From a virus (lineage: Duplodnaviria > Caudoviricetes), in IMG/VR virus record IMGVR_UViG_3300044878_000044, positions 1 through 42,219 of that record: a stretch of DNA of 42,219 nucleotides, one strand, 5' to 3'. A program made the position numbers and the translations under genes. This document shows, in pieces, positions 1 to 7,653 of this stretch (its first letter is position 1; every line of letters begins with the position of its first letter). The notes beneath the pieces were generated by a model. That model made no database searches, was not told where the DNA came from, and saw nothing but the letters and a program-made list of their open reading frames with translations.

Positions 1-80
1 GCGTGACCTTCCAATCGGTCTACAAGTCCGTGCGCCGCTTCAAGAAAGCATTCGAGCTGGCTAAGGCTGTCCATCAGTAG
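1..80 (+). CDS. 3' end of a TrfB/KorA-like HTH protein resembling Aca4 (partial, truncated by window edge)
   Basis: Frame from nt 3 reads VTFQSVYKSVRRFKKAFELAKAVHQ*, resembling the Aca4/TrfB C-terminus as recalled (xTxQxVxK...ELAKxV); only 25 aa visible. Confidence 0.5.
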   Translation, partial: VTFQSVYKSVRRFKKAFELAKAVHQ

Positions 81-120
81 AGCCTAGATTTTCGCTTCAA
101 GGCGGTATACCGTGCAAGCC

Positions 121-138
121 AGTCTCTCTGAAGGGACC
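121..138. promoter_or_regulatory. 18-bp palindromic operator-like site, copy 1
   Basis: AGTCTCT-CTGA-AGGGACC; same motif at 5442, 11053, 13601, 29384. Confidence 0.7.
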
Positions 139-147
139 GGAGCACAC

Positions 148-178
148 AAAAAAATGCCCCGGCGGACTAGGTCGGGGC
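148..178 (-). terminator. Intrinsic terminator for leftward transcription
   Basis: GCCCCG...CGGGGC stem preceded by A7 (U-tract on minus strand). Confidence 0.55.
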
Positions 179-299
179 GGATGTATCTACAGCGTACAAC
201 GAAGAAAGGAAGCGTAATTATGGCAGGTTTTAAGGGTGGCGCAATAGCTTGCGCCCGCGGGGTTATTCTATCTTTCGGCGCGTTTGTCGGGGGTGGCTT

Positions 300-1217
300 G
301 TGACCGATATCCCGCGCCAGTTCAAAGGAGTATGGATTCCGGCTGAGGTCTGGCTTGATCGCGACCTATCAATAACCGAAAAGGTCATGATGGTAGAGAT
401 CAGCAGCCTGCAAGACCCGGATCGGGGCTGCTACGCCAGCAATAGTCATTTTGGGAGGTTCTTCAACCTTTCAAACTCTCGCATTTCCGAAATCATCAGT
501 TCTCTCGCAGCGAAAGGGCTTGTCACGATAGAGCTTGTTCGTGATGGGAGGCAGGTTGTGGAGCGAAGAGTTCGCCTTACGGACCTATTCGGAAAATCGA
601 ATACCTATTCGGAAAAGGCTTCGAACCCTATTCGACTTCCCGAAGAACCCTATTCGGGAAAGGCGAAGGGAAGTAATACAAAAATCAGTAATACAAGTAA
701 GGGGGAGAAAGGCGAGCGCGCTGAAGCGCAATCCCCCCCGAATGTTGAGTTCGATGGAACGGATTTTGTCGTTAGCGAAGCGTTGTTGGCCAAGTGGTCA
801 AAAGCATTCCCTGGCGTGAACATCGATCTTGAAATCGAACGGGCCTCCGTATGGGCTGCAAGCAACCCGCCGAAGAAGGACTGGCAACGCTTCCTGTCCA
901 ACTGGCTTTCCAAGAAGTCCGGCACGGTGGTCGACGAAACGAATGTCCCTGTCGACCAGATCATTGGTCTGTACGGTCAGGTTTGCCCGAACCTTCCGGC
1001 CGTGACCGTGGCGAGCGACAAGGTGCTTCGGTCGATGATCGTTGAGCGATGGAATGAATCGCCAACCCACCAAAGCGGGAAAGACTTCTGGCTTCCGTTC
1101 TTCCAGAAGGCCAACAACCGCAATCAGGTTTTTTTCCGCGGCTCCAACGTTGCCCCGCGCCTTGAGGCTCTGGTCAGTCGCTCAGTCTTTCGCGAGATCT
1201 CGGAGGCAGCGCAATGA
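300..1217 (+). CDS. Phage replication initiator (N-terminal winged HTH, lambda O analogue)
   Basis: FKGVWIP...CYASNSHF...SRISEIISSL HTH signature; internal iterons; overlaps dnaB start; GTG at 300 is the likely start. Confidence 0.85.
   Translation: MTDIPRQFKGVWIPAEVWLDRDLSITEKVMMVEISSLQDPDRGCYASNSHFGRFFNLSNSRISEIISSLAAKGLVTIELVRDGRQVVERRVRLTDLFGKSNTYSEKASNPIRLPEEPYSGKAKGSNTKISNTSKGEKGERAEAQSPPNVEFDGTDFVVSEALLAKWSKAFPGVNIDLEIERASVWAASNPPKKDWQRFLSNWLSKKSGTVVDETNVPVDQIIGLYGQVCPNLPAVTVASDKVLRSMIVERWNESPTHQSGKDFWLPFFQKANNRNQVFFRGSNVAPRLEALVSRSVFREISEAAQ
583..700. repeat. Replication origin: four iterons plus AT-rich tract
   Basis: CCTATTCG cores at 584, 604, 627, 649, then AGTAATACAA twice in 671-700. 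Confidence 0.8.
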
Positions 1218-2557
1218 TGGACCTTCACAGTCTTGAGGCTGAGCACGGCGTTATTGGCGCCATGCTTTGCCAGCCGCACCTGATCGATGTTCTGAGCGAT
1301 GACCTGTCGCCTGACGCGTTCTCCTGGGAAGACAACGCCGAACTGTATCGACTCATTCTGGAAATGCACGCCGACGGCCATCCAGTTGACATTGTTACCC
1401 TGAATGATCGCCGCGCTGAGCTGTCTAGCGGCGTTCGCGTCATGGCCTATGCCGCGCAGATTCAAGCTAACACTCCGAGCGTGGCCAACGCACAGGTCTA
1501 CGCTCGGATCATTCGTGAGCGCGCTGTTTGCCGTCTGATGGCGGCTGCCGCTTCACGAATCAACGAGGTGGCGCACGAAGAGGTCAGCATCGAGGATAAA
1601 ATCTCGCAAGCGCAGTCGATCATCCTGGGCCTAGATGCCAGCGGCAGCGATGGTGAGTGCCAGATGATCGGTGACATCTTGGCCGAGCACGTCGAGGTGC
1701 TTCAGGAGCGGCACGACAAGTTTGTCGCCGGGGTCACTATCGACGGGCTGGGCTCGGGTATTCCTGATCTGGACGAATACACTCAAGGCTTGAAGCCTGG
1801 GCAGATGATCGTCGTTGCCGGGCGGCCAGCCATGGGCAAGACCACGCTCGCTATGAACATCGCCGCTGACGTGGCTATCAACCAGAAAAAGCCGGTACTG
1901 GTTATCAGTCTTGAAATGAGCAAAAAGCAGCTGATGGATCGTCTCCTTGCGGCTGTCGGAGGCATTCCGCTTCCATCCCTCAAGACTGGCGAATGCAGCA
2001 GCGACTACAGCACCGAGCTTTCGCTGGCGGCCATGAAGCTGCGCGATGCGCCCATAGCCGTTTCTGACGTTCCGGTCATGACTATGCCTCGCGTGCGGTC
2101 GATTGCTCGCCGTCAGTCGCACCGCATGGGTGGAGTGGGGCTTGTGGTCATCGACTATCTCGGGCTTGTCGAGGGCGAAGGGAAGGGTCGAACCGAAGAT
2201 GTCACCGCGATGTCGCGCCAGATCAAGCTTCTCGCTCGCGAGCTGGACTGCCCGGTTATCGTCCTGTCCCAGCTCAATCGGGGCTGCGAAGGTCGACCAG
2301 ACAAGCGACCGGTGCTGAGCGACCTGCGCGAGTCGGGGGCAATTGAGCAGGATGCCGATATCGTGATGTTCGTGTATCGCGACGAGGTGTATCACCCAAA
2401 CACCCAAGACAAGGGCATTGGCGAGATCCTGATCCGCAAGAATCGCGACGGCGAGATCGGAATTGTCCCGACCGTTTTCCAGGGTAACCGATCAAGGTTT
2501 GTTCCGCTGGCCAACCATTGCCGCGATGACAGCAACGTCGTGAAGGTGAATTTCTGA
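1214..2557 (+). CDS. dnaB: Replicative DNA helicase DnaB
   Basis: Walker A GRPAMGKT, SLEMS, VIDYL, LSQLNR, SDLRESGAIEQDAD, KNRDG motifs. Confidence 0.97.
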   Translation: MMDLHSLEAEHGVIGAMLCQPHLIDVLSDDLSPDAFSWEDNAELYRLILEMHADGHPVDIVTLNDRRAELSSGVRVMAYAAQIQANTPSVANAQVYARIIRERAVCRLMAAAASRINEVAHEEVSIEDKISQAQSIILGLDASGSDGECQMIGDILAEHVEVLQERHDKFVAGVTIDGLGSGIPDLDEYTQGLKPGQMIVVAGRPAMGKTTLAMNIAADVAINQKKPVLVISLEMSKKQLMDRLLAAVGGIPLPSLKTGECSSDYSTELSLAAMKLRDAPIAVSDVPVMTMPRVRSIARRQSHRMGGVGLVVIDYLGLVEGEGKGRTEDVTAMSRQIKLLARELDCPVIVLSQLNRGCEGRPDKRPVLSDLRESGAIEQDADIVMFVYRDEVYHPNTQDKGIGEILIRKNRDGEIGIVPTVFQGNRSRFVPLANHCRDDSNVVKVNF

Positions 2558-3237
2558 TGAGAGATCGCAGAACGGTTTATCTGCACAAGGGTTATCGGTT
2601 GCGCTCTTACACTGAGCTGATGTGGGCTCGGGCGTTGGATGCCGTCGATATTTTCTATCTGTACGAGCCGCACCTTCAGCGCGTCGAAGGTGGCAGCTAT
2701 CTCCCGGACTTTTACCTGCCAAATATCGGTATCTATCTCGAAGTGAAAGGGAAAGACCCGAGCCAGGAAGAAATCAGGAAAGCGGATGACGTCATGCATC
2801 GCACGGGAACGCCGGTGGTTTTCCTGGTTGGCAGGCCCGAGAGCGATGTTAATGGGCTTACCAACTGCGCAATGTTGTCGAAAGGCGCGGCCGGCTGGAC
2901 GAGCAATATCTGTCCGCACGACCTTGACCAAATTTACAAGGAGCATGCCGGCATAGGCGCATGGCTGAAGCTTCTGGTTTCCGTCCGCCAAGATGACAGC
3001 GATTACGTCAGGCAGGTTTCCGATATCGTCGAGGAATACTTGATGGATCTGATGGGGCGGTCGGTCATGGAAACGCACTTGCGAATGACTCACATGCGAG
3101 TGAATGAGCAGCGATCTGCGGAGCATCGGGAAATCTCCATGGCGGAGCGCGGCCTGAGGATGTTCGTTGAGCGGCAGGCCGCTAGACGCGCGCTAGAGCA
3201 TCCGGATGCGTTCAGGGCGATCTCAGCGACCGTTTAA
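2557..3237 (+). CDS. Putative PD-(D/E)XK nuclease
   Basis: RSYTELMWA...YEP...YLPDFYLP...YLEVKG motif pattern. Confidence 0.7.
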   Translation: MRDRRTVYLHKGYRLRSYTELMWARALDAVDIFYLYEPHLQRVEGGSYLPDFYLPNIGIYLEVKGKDPSQEEIRKADDVMHRTGTPVVFLVGRPESDVNGLTNCAMLSKGAAGWTSNICPHDLDQIYKEHAGIGAWLKLLVSVRQDDSDYVRQVSDIVEEYLMDLMGRSVMETHLRMTHMRVNEQRSAEHREISMAERGLRMFVERQAARRALEHPDAFRAISATV

Positions 3238-3337
3238 TCCCGCGTGGATAAGCAAGCGCGATGGTTGCTCGCAAAGCGGAATAGAACCTGCCTGGCGCGA
3301 TGTCAGGCAGGATCAACGGGATATAGGGGTGGAAGGG

Positions 3338-4198
3338 ATGAGTGATCACAGTGATTTGAAGAAGAAGGCCGAGGCAGCGCTTGTCGTTCATGACTCTTTC
3401 GAAGAGAACGCGAAGGCTGCACACCTTTACGTCTCGGCATCTGAGCCTGAAGTAATCCTTGAGCTGCTCGCCGAGATCGATCGCCTGCGAACTGCCGAAG
3501 GCGATGCCATGACCTACAAGGCCGGAATGGAGAACGTTGCCCAGCAGCGCGATCAGCTCAAGGTCGATCTCGAGCAGCTGGCAAAGAAAATTAAGCATAG
3601 CGACTACTGGCACGGGACGCGCTTCGAGACTCTTTTCCACTGGGCGCATCGCGAGCTGAACGACTCCCAAAAGAATCAGTATTTCAGCATCGTGGCGAAC
3701 GGCAGCTCCTACCCAGATGACCCGCCGACCTATGCCCAGCAGATGAATCAGCTGAAGTGGAAGGTTGAGGCTGCCGAGAAAGAGCGCGATCAGCTCAAGG
3801 TCGATCTCGAGCGACTGAAGCATGAACATCGGCTGCTGACCGAGCACAACGAATTTCTGGCCAGCTCCGACAGTCGACTCGCCCCTGAGCTGCGCGCCGT
3901 GAAAGACGCGCTCGGCCTTGATTTTACGGCCAGCGTTAGCGGTGAGGTGGTTCCGCTCATCGAGCGCCTGCGCAAGCTGCCGACCTGCTGGACTGAGGTT
4001 CTGGAGCAGTCCGAGGCGAACGATCAGCTGCTGGATCAGGTCCTGGAGCTGAGCCGGGACGCCGATCGACTGACTTGGCTTGACGAGTCCGCCGAGGTCG
4101 AGTCAGTCGGGCCGATGCGGTGCTGTGGGAAACATCTGCCGAGCCTTCGCGAAGCGATCGATGCCGCAATGGCATTGGAGAAATCGCTAACCCAGTGA
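3338..4198 (+). CDS. Ead/Ea22-like modular coiled-coil protein
   Basis: PEVILELLAEIDRL and RDADRLTWL...LREAIDAAM segments; purine-rich RBS-like GGAAGGG before ATG 3338. Confidence 0.65.
   Translation: MSDHSDLKKKAEAALVVHDSFEENAKAAHLYVSASEPEVILELLAEIDRLRTAEGDAMTYKAGMENVAQQRDQLKVDLEQLAKKIKHSDYWHGTRFETLFHWAHRELNDSQKNQYFSIVANGSSYPDDPPTYAQQMNQLKWKVEAAEKERDQLKVDLERLKHEHRLLTEHNEFLASSDSRLAPELRAVKDALGLDFTASVSGEVVPLIERLRKLPTCWTEVLEQSEANDQLLDQVLELSRDADRLTWLDESAEVESVGPMRCCGKHLPSLREAIDAAMALEKSLTQ
3546..3812 (+). repeat. 30-bp exact direct repeat (3546-3575, 3783-3812)
   Basis: AGCGCGATCAGCTCAAGGTCGATCTCGAGC twice, in frame, starts 237 bp apart. Confidence 0.9.
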
Positions 4199-4239
4199 GT
4201 GCAGTGCGCACCATGAGTACCATGCTCACGGTGCGCCTT
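4195..4239. repeat. 9-bp tandem repeat cluster A (candidate centromere)
   Basis: gtgagtgca/gtgcgcacc/atgagtacc/atgctcacg/gtgcgcctt. Confidence 0.65.
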
Positions 4240-4241
4240 TC

Positions 4242-4478
4242 TCAGCCCCTTGCTCGTAATGCGGCAACCTCGGCCTTCTCCACGGCCGACTCCAGATAAA
4301 ATGCCAGGCACATCTGTAGATGGCCCACTTGCTTGCCCAGCGTCTGACTTTCGTTAATATCGTCGCACGCCTGCCACTGCTGATAGCGCTCACGAAAGTC
4401 ATGCACCATTTTCAGCGCGAAGGCGTCCAGGGTCACGGTGACTTCGTCGGCTTGAGATTGCGGTTGTCCAGTCGGCAT
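4242..4478 (-). CDS. Hypothetical protein downstream of parG-like gene
   Basis: 78-aa ORF with AAGGGAG RBS, same strand as par genes. Confidence 0.65.
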   Translation of the reverse strand: MPTGQPQSQADEVTVTLDAFALKMVHDFRERYQQWQACDDINESQTLGKQVGHLQMCLAFYLESAVEKAEVAALRARG

Positions 4479-4503
4479 AAAACGGGCTCCCTTCTATCTT
4501 GTT

Positions 4504-4539
4504 GTGAGTACGGTGATACCGGTAATCACCGTGAGTTTT
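4504..4539. repeat. 9-bp tandem repeat cluster B (candidate centromere/operator)
   Basis: gtgagtacg/gtgataccg/gtaatcacc/gtgagtttt at the parG-like 3' end. Confidence 0.6.
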
Positions 4540-4744
4540 TGGCAATGTACTCGTCGATAAACCGCTTCACTTCCGTCGTCATGTCGGTCTCGTTGCGGCT
4601 ACACGCCCGCCAGAACTGTTCGTGCTTGTCTGGATCTAGCCGGACATTTAGACGCGCTTCCTTCCTTGCGGACTTGCTGGCCTGGGCCAGGATCTTCGGC
4701 GCCCTGTCGGCGACCTTGCTTGGTGCTGTGGTGAGTAGTTTCAT
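4526..4744 (-). CDS. parG: ParG-like ribbon-helix-helix centromere-binding protein
   Basis: 72 aa; flexible N-terminal tail then RLNVRLDPDKHEQFWRACSRNETDMTTEVKRFIDEYI, matching the recalled TP228 ParG RHH pattern; GGAGG RBS; directly after parA. Confidence 0.8.
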   Translation of the reverse strand: MKLLTTAPSKVADRAPKILAQASKSARKEARLNVRLDPDKHEQFWRACSRNETDMTTEVKRFIDEYIAKNSR

Positions 4745-4746
4745 GA

Positions 4747-5355
4747 TCAGGCCTCCAGTAGCCTCTTGACCGCTTCGGCGAAGCGCAGCGACTCCAGGCG
4801 TATCGCGCTGTCGCCGCTTCTCGTTGGTGTTCTCCCTCTGGCGATGGCTGTCGGGTATCCGATCCGGTCGCACAAGGGCACGCTAAGCACGGGCAGGCCG
4901 TAGCCGTTCAGGGCCTCGGAAATGTCCCGGCCGAGCAGCGTGTTCTGGTCCAGGCGGTTGACGTACAGCGCGGCGATGAACTCGGGTCGGTGCGCCAGGT
5001 GCGCCTTCATCAGCTCGATGGAGTCGGCGGCCGCCCAAATGTCAAAGATGCTCGGCGCGCACGGCAGCAGCGCCATGTCCAGGTATGGCAGCGCATCCGC
5101 AGACAACTCCCCCTTTGTGTCGATCACCGCGTAGTCAAACCCCGATAGGCCCTTCAGGTCTGACAGGCGCTCGGCGGTGAATATCTCAAGCGTGGTCGGC
5201 AGATTCGCAATCTCCACCCACCGGCTGACGCTGCCTTGCGGGTCGGTATCGATCAGGGCAACACGGTGTTTCTGAGCCAGCGCCCCGGCCAGGGTGACCG
5301 CACTGGTTGACTTGCCGGCCCCGCCCTTCTGCGTCCATAGCCCGATCTTCTTCAT
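4747..5355 (-). CDS. parA: ParA/ParF-family partition ATPase (short, type Ib)
   Basis: Deviant Walker A QKGGAGKST, IDTDPQGS, YAVIDT; no N-terminal HTH; start at 5355 or 5370. Confidence 0.92.
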   Translation of the reverse strand: MKKIGLWTQKGGAGKSTSAVTLAGALAQKHRVALIDTDPQGSVSRWVEIANLPTTLEIFTAERLSDLKGLSGFDYAVIDTKGELSADALPYLDMALLPCAPSIFDIWAAADSIELMKAHLAHRPEFIAALYVNRLDQNTLLGRDISEALNGYGLPVLSVPLCDRIGYPTAIARGRTPTRSGDSAIRLESLRFAEAVKRLLEA

Positions 5356-5389
5356 GAGTACGGTTCTCATTGTGAGTATTTGACTCACA
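5354..5389. repeat. 9-bp repeat cluster C over the parA start (two TGAG-N7-CTCA palindromes)
   Basis: atgagtacg/gttctcatt/gtgagtatt/tgactcaca; abuts a minus-strand TATTCT at 5389-5394. Confidence 0.7.
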
Positions 5390-5404
5390 GAATACATCTG
5401 GCTT

Positions 5405-5459
5405 GCGGATTCCGCTTGCATTGGTTGCAGATTCCGCCTAAAGTCTCTTCAGAGGGACC
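5405..5459 (+). promoter_or_regulatory. Sigma70 promoter with paired operators and 18-bp palindrome copy 2
   Basis: TTGCAT(5416)-N17-TAAAGT(5439); GCGGATTCCGC 5405-5415 and GCAGATTCCGC 5427-5437; AGTCTCT-TCAG-AGGGACC 5442-5459. Confidence 0.8.
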
Positions 5460-5487
5460 AGAAAGGGACCAGATCAGGGGTGAAGTT

Positions 5488-5637
5488 ATGTCGTTCAAGC
5501 AACTAGCCGTCGAAACAGCTCGCTATCACGGTCGCATGGCCGTCCGCGACCTGAAGTATTTCTGTAATTCCATCTCTGCTCGCAGCAACCGCGCCGAGCG
5601 TGACCGCTGGATGCAGCTTGCAAGGTCCGCTGCATGA
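5488..5637 (+). CDS. 49-aa protein, candidate anti-defence (Acr-like by context)
   Basis: AGGGGTGA RBS, ATG 5488, ATGA overlap with the downstream Aca-like gene. Confidence 0.7.
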   Translation: MSFKQLAVETARYHGRMAVRDLKYFCNSISARSNRAERDRWMQLARSAA

Positions 5638-5843
5638 AGCTGGACACAAACAACACGCAGAGCAACCCGGACTACATCCGGGATCTGATCAAGAAGTCCG
5701 GGATGACTCAGAAGGGCGCTGCCGAATCTATCGGCGTGGCCCCACGGACCTTGGCGGACTGGCTCAACGGAAATGCAAAGTGGTCCTACCCGGCGCAGTA
5801 CGCGCTGGAGTGTTTGGTTAAATACGGGGCGAAGACAAAGTGA
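5634..5843 (+). CDS. Aca-like XRE HTH regulator
   Basis: PDYIRDLIKKSGMTQKGAAESIGVAPRTL...YPAQYALECL aligns with the Aca1 homologue at 40162. Confidence 0.75.
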   Translation: MKLDTNNTQSNPDYIRDLIKKSGMTQKGAAESIGVAPRTLADWLNGNAKWSYPAQYALECLVKYGAKTK

Positions 5844-6841
5844 ACGACAAATCGAATCCGGTTGGCTGGATGGTGGAAATTTCCGGCGCTGACAAGTTCT
5901 TCTACAGCGAGAAATCCGCGCTCAATGCTCGCAAGCGGTACGAGCGCGACATGGATGCTGAGTCAGGCCCAGTTCCGTACGCGCTCTACAAAGCCGCGCC
6001 GCAACCCGCCGCCCACCTGACCATCCCCGGCGCGCTGGAGTGGGATGGTGATAATGGTACTCACGGTGTTGTTGGTACTCACGGTGCGGACGGTGAGTCG
6101 CGTGCGGACGGTGAGTCTGAAGTCGCGCCTTCGGCATACACCGCCGTCGACATGGCCACCGCTGCGGCTGACGGTTTCCGGGATGGGCTGGCTGCCTTTT
6201 CCGCCGACGGCAATCGAAACGTGCTCGCTGAGGTGTTTTTCCAGAAGGGCGACGATCCATTCATCTGCGCCGTGCGCGGGCGTGTCTGTGTCGAGCAGCT
6301 TGAGGCGGCTCAGCGAGACTTCCGCGAGAACCTGCCGGATGTGCTTGAGCAGGGCGACGGCATCTACACCTTCGACTTCTTCTACGAGAAAGGTCAGTAC
6401 GACGACTGGGGCCGCTGTGAGATCGCGCCGGGCTGGGGTTTCGACTTTGTCAGCTTCGCCGCATTTGAGGCTGGCGATGAGTCGCCGGTCGAGGTTAAAG
6501 CGGCATGCTCCCGCTGCGGCGGCTGGGGCCACATCGAAACCGAAGACAGCGCCCATGATTGCCCTGAGTGCGGGCCGAGCGTGGTCGAGCGGGCTGTCGA
6601 GGCTGGGGTGATGAATGCGCCGAAGCCATACGCAGCCATGAGCGAGGCGGAGGCTGACGAATTCCTGTCGTCGTTCGGCGGAGGCAGTGGCAACAAGGCG
6701 AAGCGTCGGATCGCGGAAATCGAAAAGGCCAAGCAAAAGACCTGCATCGAATGCGACCAGCCCTACTGCCACGGCGTATGCGTCGAGCGCGGCGATCAGG
6801 ACTATGACCGGGACCAGGCTGCGAAGGGTGGCGACCAATGA
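5840..6841 (+). CDS. Mosaic hypothetical protein with Cys-pair zinc ribbons
   Basis: CSRCGG...CPECG and CIECDQPYC motifs; contains 9-bp repeat cluster D. Confidence 0.75.
   Translation: MNDKSNPVGWMVEISGADKFFYSEKSALNARKRYERDMDAESGPVPYALYKAAPQPAAHLTIPGALEWDGDNGTHGVVGTHGADGESRADGESEVAPSAYTAVDMATAAADGFRDGLAAFSADGNRNVLAEVFFQKGDDPFICAVRGRVCVEQLEAAQRDFRENLPDVLEQGDGIYTFDFFYEKGQYDDWGRCEIAPGWGFDFVSFAAFEAGDESPVEVKAACSRCGGWGHIETEDSAHDCPECGPSVVERAVEAGVMNAPKPYAAMSEAEADEFLSSFGGGSGNKAKRRIAEIEKAKQKTCIECDQPYCHGVCVERGDQDYDRDQAAKGGDQ
6048..6119. repeat. 9-bp tandem repeat cluster D, 8 units, inside CDS
   Basis: gtgataatg/gtactcacg/gtgttgttg/gtactcacg/gtgcggacg/gtgagtcgc/gtgcggacg/gtgagtctg. Confidence 0.8.
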
Positions 6842-7194
6842 AGGCCCGTATCGAGAAGAAGCTGAGCAAGCGCCTGGTGCAAGCCTATCCATCGAGCTAC
6901 GGCTGCGCCTGGATTGACGATGAGCCGTCGGAACTTGCCTACGAACAGAACAGCCGGGTACGCCACTGCCCAAGTGTCGGCGGCGAGTACGACTCGTACG
7001 CCGGTGACTGCAATGAATCCTACACGGCCTGGGCGTCCTGGCTGATGCATTGGCCTTGGCATGGTCCGTTCGGCGATTACCCCGCTGGACACCAGTTCGA
7101 GCACTACCCAAACACAGACGGCTTCAAGCCGACCGCAAGGAATTTGCTGAAGTTGGCCGCCGAGTGCGAGCAGGCTGAGAGGGCGAAGCCATGA
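6838..7194 (+). CDS. Hypothetical protein
   Basis: 118 aa, ATGA-coupled on both sides. Confidence 0.75.
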   Translation: MKARIEKKLSKRLVQAYPSSYGCAWIDDEPSELAYEQNSRVRHCPSVGGEYDSYAGDCNESYTAWASWLMHWPWHGPFGDYPAGHQFEHYPNTDGFKPTARNLLKLAAECEQAERAKP

Positions 7195-7433
7195 GCGACT
7201 TCATCTACGACGTGGTGCACTTCGCTCGTGACACTGACGGCGGCCTGATCTGCCGGTGCCCGCACTGCCAGGCTGTGATCGGCATCGAGGGCGAGGAGGG
7301 CGACGACGTGCGCGGCGAGCAGTTCCAGTGCCGCTGTGGTGGGTGGTTGGAAATCACATCGCATGCCCGTTACATCAAGTTGCGCGGTGACGACACGCTG
7401 CCGGCCAACAAGGGGATTCCTGATGAAGACTGA
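7191..7433 (+). CDS. Small zinc-ribbon protein
   Basis: CRCPHC and QCRCGG motifs; ATGA coupling. Confidence 0.7.
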   Translation: MSDFIYDVVHFARDTDGGLICRCPHCQAVIGIEGEEGDDVRGEQFQCRCGGWLEITSHARYIKLRGDDTLPANKGIPDED

Positions 7434-7653
7434 GTACAAGGACACCATCCTCATCGAGTACCACTCGGCGATCAAAAAGACTCGCCATGTGAAGGTGCTT
7501 CGCAAGCAGGTCACCGGCCTATGCACGCCATTCAGCAAGGTGATCCAGAACGCCAAGCGGCGCCCGGTTGTGCAGGCCCGCATCAAGAAGCTGCGCAAAT
7601 ACCAAGCCCGCGCCTGGAAAGGTTACAGCTTCGGAAAGGTGATCAAGCCATGA
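7423..7653 (+). CDS. Small basic hypothetical protein
   Basis: AAGGGG RBS, ATG 7423, coupled to next gene. Confidence 0.65.
   Translation: MKTEYKDTILIEYHSAIKKTRHVKVLRKQVTGLCTPFSKVIQNAKRRPVVQARIKKLRKYQARAWKGYSFGKVIKP

Noticed and set aside
112-303. 63-aa ORF before the initiator, and TTG start at 249
   Set aside because: Weak starts, spans an operator-like site and a terminator; GTG 300 fits the initiator better
6045-6119. Collagen-like Gly-X-Y protein repeat
   Set aside because: Too short, interrupted, and better explained by the DNA-level 9-bp motif shared with intergenic clusters
5963-7111. Long antisense ORFs (also 11528-12676, 16367-17287, 20910-22289, 24010-25362, 31075-32280)
   Set aside because: Shadow frames of high-GC genes with no motifs or RBS
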